DNA from: Lama guanicoe
Taxonomy: Eukaryota
Direction: 5' to 3'
DNA length: 64,000 nucleotides
Assembly (NCBI GenBank): GCA_013239625.1
Contig: MU056000.1
Location: 12,475,175 to 12,539,174, forward strand
In this document: piece after piece, positions 26,101 through 37,173 of the stretch
How positions within the stretch are numbered: the first letter of the stretch is position 1
Layout: every line of letters begins with the position of its first letter
Translations under genes and position numbers: made by a program
The notes under the pieces: model-generated
Seen by the model: the letters and a program-made list of their open reading frames with translations, nothing else
What the model was told of the DNA's origin: nothing
The model's database searches: none

Positions 26101-26400
26101 TCAAACAGGAGGGCACCGGATAACCAGCACCATCAGACCTTGCTATAAATACATGCCACATTGCAATTGTGCTTCTTGAGTAGCTTTTAAAGCACTTTTA
26201 TGTCTTGTTGACCTTTTTAGGCCTCCTTGATTCCCTTTTTCTAGTCTCATACCATCATTCCACAAGTTCTAGACTCTCTTACTCCACATCATAGTCAACG
26301 TTAAAACACTTGCATCCCAAATTAAGTATAATTTGCATAACTATACATCTCTGTGTTGAACTGTAGCAGCTCACTGGCATACTATTACTGTAGACACATT

Positions 26401-26710
26401 TGTCCTAGTCCACTTGGGCTGCTGTCATAAATACCATAGAGTGACTTAAACAGTAAATATTAATTTCACTTAGCTTTGGAGGCCAGAAAGTCCAGGCTCA
26501 AAGCACCAGCAGATCCGGTGTCTGGAAGGGGCAAGTAACTCCTTCAAGGTCGGTTTTATAAGAGCACTAATCCCATTCACCAGGGCTTTGCCTCTTTGAC
26601 TCAACACCTTGAAAAGACCCCGCCTCCAGACACGAGCTCGTTGCGGGTTAGGTTTCAACGTGTGAATTTTGGTGGGGGGTAAGGGGGGAGCTACTACTCA
26701 GTCCACAGCA
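26401..26710 (-). mobile_element. MaLR LTR (MLT1A-like)
   Basis: TGTCCTAGTCCACTTGGGCTGCTG...TTTTATAAGAGCACTAATCCCATTCA...TCAGTCCACAGCA with TG...CA ends. Confidence 0.85.
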
Positions 26711-27678
26711 ACACAAACACTTACTGGTTAAAATCTGGAGGTCTTCTTTTTATATTTTGGAGGCTGTATTTTATTTCTTTGAGAGCTCACGTTTTCAGAC
26801 TTTCCAGGGCCCTTGGGAGCTCAGACACCCTCGCCCTGTGCCTGCAGCGGGGCCTGACGCAGGAACCATCCCTGTGGCTGGCCTGCGTCGCTTCCCCTCT
26901 CGGTGGGTGGGTCTGGCCTCGTGGGGTGCGGTACCAGTCAGTCTTCCTGAAGCCTTTTGTTCTTCACCTGGAAGAAAATTTGGTGACAGGTGAGAAGCCA
27001 TCTACTCCTGTCTTGTGCAGGCCTGTAGCAACGAGTCAGAGCTGTCATCCATACCCTTGAGTTGCAGTGTCCAGGCCCTTGGACATGGTAGTTCCCTCCT
27101 GAGCTGGGGACCAGCGAAAGTCTAGATGGATGGGATGAAAACTGATGTGGACTTTGAAAAGCCAAATTCAGCAACTAGTTCCCAGAGACCCTCTCTGTCC
27201 TGTTCAGTCAATGCTAAGGTGGTGTCCCAGTACACAGGTTTTGAACTCTACTTAAAGTTACTCTTTGCCTTTTTTTAACTTCTGTTTATATTCTGTCATG
27301 TTTTGTATAGATGGTGCTTCTTCCATACTGACACTTCTGTCTTTGCTTTGCTTCTCCCTGCCTCATTAATTTCTTTTCTTTCACCCACAACCTTTTTCTT
27401 GACCATCTTTAGGGCTTCTCATTCAGGTGTGTTCCTAGGGTTCCTGTTTGCTTTTTTGCTTCTTGCTGAGACTCACTGCTGCTAGTGTTGTTTGGCCCAT
27501 CTGTATTGAAGTACACCTCTTTTTTTCAATTTGATATACGTTCTGCTTGACGATAAAACGTTAAGAAATCGTCATGGTGGGAGGAAGTCACGTGAATGCT
27601 TTATTGCCCCATGTGTTGAGACATTTTATTTTACCCTGAACTTTTGGTGCCTAAAATGATTTTGAGAAATCTACTCTC

Positions 27679-27930
27679 TGTTAGTATTAGGTTTTGCTGC
27701 ATAGATAGGACAGAAAATCCAAAGTTATAATGGCTTAAATGAGAGGGAAGTGAATTAATTGCCTCTTACACAAAGTTCCAGAGATGGGCCCCCTCCCGCG
27801 CTGATGTGGTGGTTCAGTGGTGTCTTTCTGTGCTCGTGATTAAAAATGGCAGCTGGAGCGCCAAGCTGTCTTTCTTTAGAAGAATTTACAACACTTCAGG
27901 TCATATTTTGTTTGCCAGAACTTGGCTGTG
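27679..27930 (-). mobile_element. Old MaLR LTR fragment (MLT1J/K-like)
   Basis: TTAGGTTTTGCTGCATA...ACAGAAAATCC...ATAATGGCTTAAA...AAAATGGCAGCTG...TTGCCAGAACTTGG. Confidence 0.55.
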
Positions 27931-27989
27931 GAATTATGAACAGTTTTTAAGCAATTGTATGTGAGAATGGTGGTGGTGGTGGTGCAGGC

Positions 27990-28420
27990 TGGTCCACAAA
28001 GACCCATGTGTATCTGCCCAGGCAATGAGGGGCAATGGTGGTTCTAGTCTCATGAATGGGAATGCAGGAAAAGGAGTAGGCTCAGGTAGGTGGGAAAGGT
28101 AGCAGTGAGCTCACCTGGGGAGAGCTTGAGTTTGAAATCCCCAAGGGATATCCATATTGGGTCAGTGGTACACTCTGTGTGCATGGCTGTGACACTCAGG
28201 AAGTGACAGTGAGCTGTAGGCACTTGGGATCCTCAGCATCCCAGAAAGCTCTTGAAACCGTGCAAGTGGGTGGATCTCCCAGGTAGAGCGAGGCCTAATT
28301 GATGAGGTGCAAAGGCGATGCCCCCATGGACCTTTGAAGGAAGTCGTGGACAGGAGAGGAACTTAGGTGGAGGCTGGAAGATGAGAAAGATAGGTCGGGG
28401 AAAATGAAAGGAAAGCAGAA
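27990..28420 (-). mobile_element. L2 fragment
   Basis: GAGTTTGAAAT...GGATATCCA...CTCAGGA...TTGGGATCCTCAGCAT...GGATCTCCCAGG.AGAG resembles antisense L2. Confidence 0.5.
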
Positions 28421-28634
28421 GCTGTGTTTTCTTCCGTTTCCCTTTCTCCATTGTTTGATATTATGGCAGTGTCCCAATGATGTGCATTTGAACTTCAGAG
28501 AAGGCCAGGCCGGATATCATCGGAAGGGTGTCACAAGGCCATGTCCTCTGCTCAAGAGGCGTGTTGAAGTCTTTGTTGTCTGTTTTAATTGTTACAAATA
28601 AATCTTTTCTCATAAATTGGATATTATCCCTATT

Positions 28635-28887
28635 AAAAATTTTATTTTATTTTTTTATTGATGTGTAGTCGGTTTACAATGTTGTGTTAGTTTCTGGTGT
28701 ACAGCATAGTGATTCATATATATATATATAATAATTTAATATTTAAATATATATATAAATATAAATGTTCATATATATTTCTATTCCTTTTCAGATTCTT
28801 TTTCATTATAGGCTATTACAAGATATTGAATGTAGTTCCCTGGTCTATACAGTAGGACCTTGCTGTTTATCTATTTTATATAGTTAG
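28635..28887 (-). mobile_element. LINE-1 3' UTR fragment inserted in a MIR
   Basis: TTTATTGATG...TTACAAGATATTGAATGTAGTTCCC...TATACAGTAGGACC; flanked by a 29-bp degenerate duplication (28606 and 28888). Confidence 0.85.
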
Positions 28888-29342
28888 TTTCTCATAAAGT
28901 GGGTAGTATCCCCATTTTATGCTTGTGAAAAAACAGGCTCACAGAGGATGGGAAACTCACTCTTTGCCGTGCAGCAGAAAGGAGTGGAGCTCTGGCTTAG
29001 CACCCAAGCAGGTGTTTTGGTTCTGGTCTGGCTTTTGTGCTGTGGCACCAAACTTCCTGAGACTGGCTTGTCCAGAGTTTTTGACCTGGAAGTGCTGGGT
29101 TGATACAGAACCTAAGTCTCTTTGCTCTTGGGCAGTCAGAATACAGAGAATAAGTGATAAGAGGTTTAAAAAAAAAAGCTATCTTGTTTCCCAATCTTAA
29201 AACATTCCCATGTGACATTCTTCTTTACTGATAATACCGAAAAGGGCCTGATTAATCTTTGCAGCATCTTTTAAGCTTGAATCACACTCTCATCTGATTA
29301 GAACCGAGTCACTGGTTAAGTATGTTCATCCAAGACTCTAGA

Positions 29343-29998
29343 CTGGGGTCAGCAAACTTTTTCTTAAAGGACCAGGTAGTAAATATTTTAGACTGTTGAC
29401 TGAAATAAATGCGCAGCCTAAAAGTTGAGAGTTAATGTATTTGGTGAGAGGACTCAAGCTGGGATGACAGCCTCTCAGATCGCTCTGAGGGACTGCTCCC
29501 AAGAGGTAGGGGAGGAACTAAGATATATAGGAGCTTTACAACAAAGATCAGGTAGTTGGAACAATAAAAGATTCCTTGTTGTCTAAAGAAAACCAGGCAT
29601 CTCAAGTTAAAGAATTTAGTGCTTTTCTATGTACGGGAGGAAGCAAACATTGGGGCTCATTGAATTCATTCCTTCGACAAGCACCTAGCTATCTAGGGCC
29701 AGTGTCCTGTCCTTTCTTACCCTGAGTCCCCTCGGGGTGCACCATTGTGAGTGGCTGCAGAGGCAGAGCTGCAGGCTTGTCTTCCCTGGGGTGTGGGGCA
29801 GCCGCTGATGACTTGATGGTTTTAGCATTCTTTGTTTACTGATATGGTTTGCAACATTTTTCGTTCACAAGACTTTGCCAGCCCTACAATTTCCGTCACA
29901 ACTACCCAAAGCTTTTGCAGCGTTGAAGGGCGTGACTGTGTGCCAATCAAGCTTTATTTTTAAAAAAACAAGCAGGTGGCCTAGTTCACTGACCCCTG
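29343..29998 (-). mobile_element. MER58A-like hAT-Charlie MITE split by the solo LTR
   Basis: TIRs CTGGGGTCAGCAAACT / AGTTCACTGACCCCTG; flanking CTCTAGA on both sides (29336, 29999); halves 29343-29393 and 29870-29998. Confidence 0.85.
29394..29869 (-). mobile_element. ERV1-class solo LTR (476 bp)
   Basis: TG...CA termini and a perfect 4-bp TSD AGAC (29390, 29870); TATA-like TATATA near 29524; orientation inferred from recalled LTR layout. Confidence 0.85.
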
Positions 29999-32942
29999 CT
30001 CTAGAAGAAAGCTTCATTCTAGAATTTCTGCTTTTAATCCTGCAAGCAAAATTATCTGACAAAATTGTGAACATAAGCAATTGTTCCTTTTCATTTAAAG
30101 AACTCCAAATATTGAGCACATTTTGTTTTTAAAATTAACTTAGCTCTGTAATGAACTTTTAGATGTGTAATGACAGTTTTGGAAGAACAGCTGCAAAATA
30201 TGAAATGAGATTCCTTATTTGGTTCTCTGTTTTATTCTCTCCTGGGAGTCCTGATGGAATGCTGAATTATCAAGGTCCTTCCAGATCTCTCAGAACAATC
30301 CATATCTTTCAGGTCAACCCCTAAGTCATGGAGAGCCGTGGTTACCAAACTCAAGGCATTGAGTTGCTTTGATCATCACCCACATGTACCCCAGAATCTG
30401 TGGGGTTACAGGCTGGAATCTGTGCCGGTGAGACAGTTGGGACACTTTCACTCTTAGCAAAGTTCCCTGCGTTTGCCTCACCAATGATAAGCCCACTAGC
30501 GCATTCAGGGGGCTTTCGGGAACAGAAAAATCCTTGACCATTTGTTGCTTTACCTCCTGATTTTTATTTGTTTTATGCAAATAGATGTATGTAGCTATTT
30601 TAGAAAAGCGTTTTTCTAAAAGTGCAGTTTGCATGTTGACAGCTTCCTGATAGGTTCAAATTGCTCATCTGCAGTTGTATAGTAGGTGAGTTTTTGGTAA
30701 TAGGAACTAGATGGAATTTTTTTTTCCTTTTTCAGTTTTATTACATAGAATTATTACAGTCCAACTACAATTATACATTATATTGTATGTAAATACATAT
30801 ACAGTATACTGCACATTTTATTTTAGCTTACATATATGTACTGATCATTGTTTCTAAGAACAGATTAGAGTTTTAACTTTTTAAACTTACATAGTTATTA
30901 AAGGAATAAAGCCATTAGATGGGATTTTTAAGGGAACTGTCTTCTTCCCATGATAGAACAAAGAGGACTTGAGCATCTTGTATGCAAATAAGTGTTGATT
31001 ATGACAAATGAAGATAATTAATTCAGAAAAGACTCACAAGCAGATTCTTGATTCTTTTTATCAGTTAGTTCTCATTTACTTGTAGTTGAAAAAGCACATT
31101 TTTACTAAAAATCATTGTAATCCATCCTTCGCGTTCATTTAAAATTGCTCTGTCCCCCCCCTCAGGCAAGGCAGGCCGTGTGCGTTGTATTAACACAGGA
31201 TGCATCTTCGGTGAATATCCCTTCCGCCGCTGTTAAATGCTGTTTCTCTGTTTGGCCTTTGGTTTTCCTCATGACTTACAGGAAATAAAATATTTCTTCT
31301 TGTGCAGAAGGTCTTTGAAGTTAGAGTGACTGGAGGAACTGAGAAGACGTGACAGGATTTGGCAAATCCTCTGTGTAAGTCTATTATAATCACCTGTGAC
31401 AGTCAAATTGTACTAATTCCAAATAAAAAGAGACAATTTTGGCTGAGAAGATGGTTCGGATTTTAGTGTCACTTGCTTTCAAAGCTGCATCATAAATGGA
31501 AAAATCTGAATAAGTAAAGCAAGGTATGTTGATAGACATGTTCAGTTTACAGTGATTCTTCAGTAGGTAATGAAGAACTCAATATGCTTTGAATGACAGA
31601 TTTTAATTTGGTAAGATTTGCAAAGCCCCCATTTGAGTCATCGCAAAGTGTGAACCACGTGATGTAGAAGATGAAACTTGTACTTTACACCGTGCTTGGT
31701 GATGATCCCTAAGACATTTTAGGCTTGGATTGGTAAGAGGTCCAGTGTTAAAGTGGAGAGAATGAATCTTAAAGCCCCATCGGTGTTGAGTGTCCTTATT
31801 TCAGTAGGTGGCACGTGGACAGCCTACTTCAGTTGATACTGAAAGAAAAAAACATGTTCTGACACAGATCTTTATCTTCATAGATGCTCCTTCTGTTTTG
31901 GATGCTCTCAGGTAATTTCAACTCACCTTCTGCTTCTTTTTAGCCTTCCAACTGACAGAAGGTACCGCTTTGATTTTTCTTCATGTTGCATTATAATTTA
32001 TTCTAATCAGCAACCTATTTATTTATTTGCTCATTTGGACTCATTACTGATTTGGACAAGTGAACTGTTGGGGACGTGCAAAGTTTTCTATATTGCTATT
32101 TATTGTAATAGTGTTTTAGACACATGAGAGATGAAGTAGTTCGATCCCTTTGTTTTACAGAAAAACCCTGTTGGTCCAGAGATGTGAGGGAGAGGTGGAC
32201 AGTCACAGGAGCTAGAAGATGCCGTTCTAGCAAAGATTCTCCTTCCCTTTGGCTCAACTTAATCTATTTTAGGTCTCGTGGTAGTGACATAGTAAAATAA
32301 TTCACCCACTTAATACTATAATAAGTTCACTAGGATTTTCCCGTTCAAACAGACCCATGAGTCATAGCTGAGTGCTGCCTTCGAAGCTTGTATTCTGCAC
32401 TCTCCTTACATCCAGGGGTTCCATGGCATCTGTGGTACCTGGGCCAGTCTCAGGCTGTTGTGTGTTTTGAAATCTCTTGCCCCATGCTGATGCCCGGTAT
32501 AGGTCAGGAAATGTTGTAATGGGTACCCCGCTCCCTCTGATGCTCTTACAGGGTAGGAAGTTGAGGGAGTGCAGGGTTGGTGGTGGAGATGAGCAGCAGA
32601 ACCCTCGGGATCTTCACTGAGCCTTAGTTTTTTCCTGCTTATGTGAATCCACTAAGCTTGGTTGTGTGCAGTCCACCTTCTGTTTTAAAGGAACACTGCG
32701 TTGGCCTTTGACTTTCTTATTAAGACAGTCCACCCCTCCTCAAATGTCTCTGTCACAACTTCAGGATTGCTTAAGACTCATGCTGCCTCTGGCATATTCC
32801 ATTTAGCAACGTCCTACAGACCTGAGGACATTTATAGACAGTGAATAGACAGACAGCCACATGGAGGAGACGTGGGCTGAGTGCATGGGATACGACCCTT
32901 GGTCTCCTAGTCAGCAGGAATTTGTGTCTGATTGTGAGTGGC

Positions 32943-33077
32943 TTTTTTGTTGTTGTTGTTGTCGTTTTGGGTGGGGGGTAGTTAGGTTTATTTATTTATT
33001 TGATGGAGGTACGGGGCATTGAACCCCGGACCCTGGAATGTCAAGCCTGCACTCTACCACTGAGCTATACCTTCCCC
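32943..33077 (-). mobile_element. tRNA-derived SINE (camelid-type)
   Basis: GGAGGTACGGGGCATTGAACCC...CTCTACCACTGAGCTATACC with a (TTG)n/(TTTA)n tail. Confidence 0.85.
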
Positions 33078-33234
33078 ACAACTGACTGACTCGTGGAGTG
33101 TCTATCATTGACACCTAAAGTATCCCTTGTCCTCATTTGTCTCGTCTCAGCGTACCTCTCCACCCCCACCTTTCAGCCCTCCACTGTCAGCAGCTCTCAC
33201 CTTGGTCCGTGTCTCAGACAGTTCACAGAAAACC

Positions 33235-33530
33235 TGAAGGAACAGACTCACAGACATAGAAAACACACTGTGGTTACCGAAGGGGAAAGGGCGGGGAGGG
33301 ATAAAACAGGGGTTGGGGATTAACAGACACACATGACTATATATAAAATAGATTTTTTTGAAAAAAAGGACCTACTGTAGAGCACAGGGAACTATATTCA
33401 ATATTTCTTAAAACATAATGGAGAAGAATCTGAAAGGAAAAAAATATACATGTGTGTATATGTATAACTGAATCACTTTGCTGTACACCTGAAACTAACT
33501 ACACTTCAATAAAAAATTAAAAATAAAACA
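33235..33530 (+). mobile_element. LINE-1 3' UTR fragment, sense to BASP1
   Basis: ACAGACTCACAGACATAGAAAAC...GGACCTACTGTAGAGCACAGGGAACTATATTC...GCTGTACACCTGAAAC...AATAAA and A tail; reverse complement of the other L1 ends. Confidence 0.88.
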
Positions 33531-34674
33531 GCTTGGACTTCTCCAGGAGAGCCTCATTAGCAAAGATCTGCTCTAACTTTTGCAAAATAAATTGACTTTC
33601 TGTTGTAGTGTACTTGTTAAAATAACTTAAGCTGTATCGGCAGAATCCAGCCCAAAAGCTAGCACGTGCTGTTACCTTTGACCTTTCAAAGAGGCATGAT
33701 TTTTCCTGTGACCTAGACGAGAGATCTACGGGCAGTAACAATGTTCCCGTGGATTTGAGTGCTCAGTATAATCCAATTAAATATGTACATTATTACAGCT
33801 CATTTGTGGAAAGATGAAAAAATTGCAGACCTAAGGGATATCGTTCTAGTCATGTGCATTACAAGTGACATAACCAAGCCCTGGGGAGTTGCAAGTGGCT
33901 TGTTCAGCATAAGCAGCTGGTAGTGGCCGTGGTGAGACGCAAGCCCAGACTCAGGTTCACAAAAGCAGGTACAAGGAATCGTGTTAGTTCCTTTTCCAAG
34001 GAGAGTGATTCAGATGAGTTAATTGTGTGGCTTGAGCAGCCCGAGAGGGCCTCCGCTGAGGCATTAACTGGGGGCCCTGTTTTAGGTTCCACTTGTCAGG
34101 ATGGTATTTATCACCTGGTCAGCAGACTGAGATCTAACGTGATGTTGGTGTGCCTCCGAATGCAATGCTACATTCCCTAGTGGTTCCCTAATTCCAAGAA
34201 AAATGCTCATGGATATGGGCCATTGGTTTCCTTAACTTGCTTTTCTGAGCCTATAGGAAAAAATTAAAAAGTGTCTGGCTTCTCGCCTGATTTATTTATT
34301 TATTTAATTTTTTTTTGCTAAGATTGAGGAAGGATATCTGGTTAATTATTTCCTTTCCTTTGTGTTTAAATGTATTATTTTATAGCTGTGGATGAAAAAT
34401 AAGATATTCCTGGGGAAAAGGTTTATTGATATTTCCACTTTAAAACTGTTATTGAACTCTAAGCAGGTGAAATGGGCAAAACAGAGTATTGTGTGTGGCC
34501 CTTTGCTGCAGCCTCTCAATTGAAAGCAAGATGGAAATAGAGTTAGGAGAGACTCTCCCTTTTCCAAGGTTGTTTAAGGCCCTTCTCCCTTTTGATTTTC
34601 CATGCAGTATTTTCCCATGTATGTTGGGCTCATTTGGTATTTCGTGTTCTTGGTTGGCATTCATCTTTTTCCAG

Positions 34675-34812
34675 TGTTACTGAACTCAAGTTCAGCAGCT
34701 CACTGCTCAAAAGCCAATCCTCGAGAGACAGGTGTTGGTTGGAAAGGAAAGGTTGCTTTGTTCAGGAGGCCAGCAACCTGGGGAGAAGGCAGATTCGTGT
34801 CCAAGAACCAAC
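34675..34812 (-). mobile_element. ERV1-class LTR fragment
   Basis: TGTTACTGAAC...CTCAAAAGCCAAT..TCGAGAGACAGGTGTTGG..GGAAAGGAAAG resembles recalled artiodactyl/carnivore LTR ends. Confidence 0.6.
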
Positions 34813-36039
34813 ATCATTCTCACTGTTGTAAGATTTTACCTGGTTAGTAACACTTACCTGCTCTTAAACCTACAGATTATGTAGTGTATATTGCAGACTT
34901 TAATCTAGAATTTAAATGTTAAGGGACATGATGGTGATGATGATGATTTTGATTAAATTGTACCAATTTCTATTTGTTTGCTTGTTTTGAATACAGTAAT
35001 TTGTTCCATCTCAGTTCAACTTAATCTTGAAATTCAAGATGACTCCCTATTACATAGAAACAGGGCTGAGAAATGGTTTTAGGTAAAGGAGTAAAAGGAG
35101 TGAGTGTGTTAACTGAACTGTGTACTTTCCTGTAAATACTCTATTTAAATGGGTTAATAACCTCCTCCCCCTTTCTTTTATGGGTGAGTTTGAGTTTGCG
35201 GAGGCTAACTGTGCTGCCCAAGTTCACGTAGCTGAACTTGATCTGCTGACTCCACTGCCCATATGCTTTCTCCCACAGAGTATATTGGGTCAGGGCGCAG
35301 AACTCATTGGCCAGCTATCAAAGTTCTGTTTGAAACTAAAACAAAAAAAACCTGTTTTCTGAAACATGAACTCTAATTACATAAAATGGATGCTTCTGAA
35401 AACAGTATTGTCTCAACAGGGCGGACTGTAAACTTTGAACAACAATTGAAGCCTCACATTATGTGAGAAGGGAGTTTGCAGAACTGAACATCCACCGGGC
35501 TGTGCTTCCCCCACCAGTGGCAGAAGTTGCTGGGGAGACAAGGAACCGCCCACGGCCTGGCGGAGGCGCGGGGCTTCTCAGCAGCTGCTGCTGCTGGTCC
35601 GAACCTTGCTCTTCCCAGCAGGCTGCTGTGTGGTGTGCCCCGTGTGGCAAAACAAGGGCGCTAGTGGAGGGGTTAGGTGGGAGAGGGTGGGACAGGCGGT
35701 GGGGGGCGGGCAGTTAGGTGCCAGGGAGCTTTGGGGAAGGAGAATGAGCCCTGACAACTCTAATTTATTTGAGATTCTGGTAGCAAAGAGGACTCAAGGA
35801 GAAAATGGCTTAGTAGTTAATGAGATTTCATTGGGGCTGATGCCACCTTGTTCTGTCCACCGCCACCTTGTTCTGTCCACCATCACCTCCAGGCTGGACC
35901 TACGTAGGTCTTCTGCCATGCTTCTTTCTAGCTTGGTAAGCTCCAGTAATCACACTGGTCTTTGGGATTTTCAGGTTTTAGTTTTTACAGATGATGCAAA
36001 ATCATTAGCTGACCCAATGCCACTTCCAACGCCATGTAT

Positions 36040-36222
36040 CTGTATTTCTCAGTGAATGGCCCCTGAGCCACTGACTTCAGCTTCACCTGGTCAACTTGTT
36101 GAAAAATAGATTCTTAGGACCCACTCTGGACCCATTAATTAATCTCTGTAATGTGATCCCTAAATTACATTTTTAATAGGCTCCTCCGGTGACTTCTGTA
36201 GACATTAATTTCACTACTACTG
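36040..36222. mobile_element. MER5-like hAT-Charlie MITE
   Basis: TCACCTGG..AACTTGTTGAAAAATAGATTC...ATTTTTAATAGGCTCCTCCGGTGACTTCTG resembles the recalled MER5A consensus. Confidence 0.6.
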
Positions 36223-37037
36223 TTTGATACAGATTGAAGTTTCGACAAAGAAGAAAATTTGAGAGACTTTGCTCCAAATCACATCATGAACAAGGAACAA
36301 ACTTGTATTGGGTTCTAGTTGCTTCAGTTAGAATTCATAACCTTTCATTCATTACTTAAGAAACTATGTATTGAGCTTTTACCGTATGCCAGGTCTGAGG
36401 ATAAAAACATCGTCTTTTTTCTTAAAGAGTTCCATGGTTAGGAAGACATACCCCTCAGTTATGTTTTTAAAGTCTTAGAGCATTCTGGGACTCAAACCTT
36501 TAATGTTTCTTTATTGCTCAGTGCCTCATGAAGTAGCCAAGATGCTCAAATTTGAAGAAGGCAAAAGCATGGCAGCTTGGGATAGAATGTTTAAGAAGCT
36601 TTGAGAGATATATTTGGATTTGTAAGGAGAGGCTGGGTTGCAGATGGCATTAAATGTTCCCCTGTGTTGCTTAAACTCAGCATTGTAAGAGCTTCTTGAA
36701 GACGGACGTAACTCATGCTATTTACTTGCGGATTGAATACATTGTTTCTTAATTCAGCATACATTTACTGAATCCATATTTGTGCTGAACATAAACACCA
36801 AGAACCAAAGCAGATTCTTTGTTTAAAAATCAAGGACACATATAAAGAATTCTAGAATGGTTTTCATCAAAAATGATTAAAATATGAAATAGCTTTAGGG
36901 CTGGAAATCTGACATTTGCTATTGGTGCCGAGGGAAAAAAAAGACACATTAAATAAATGTCAGCTTGTGGCAATTTTAGGTGATCATAAAAAGTGTGAAC
37001 TACGCTTTATAATTGGAGATAGAAATGACTGGAAGTA

Positions 37038-37173
37038 GGGAAAGGGTACAGCTCAAGCGATACAGCGTCTGCTTAACATCTACAAGGTCCTGGGTTCAAT
37101 TCCCAGTACCTCCTCTAAAAAATAAATATATAATTACCTCCCTCACAAAAAATAAATTAATAAAAAATTTTAA
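37038..37173 (+). mobile_element. tRNA-derived SINE (camelid-type) with target-site duplication
   Basis: GGTCCTGGGTTCAATTCCCAGTACCTCC core and A-rich tail; 15-bp TSD AAATGACTGGAAGTA (37023) / AAATTACTGGAAGTA (37174). Confidence 0.9.
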
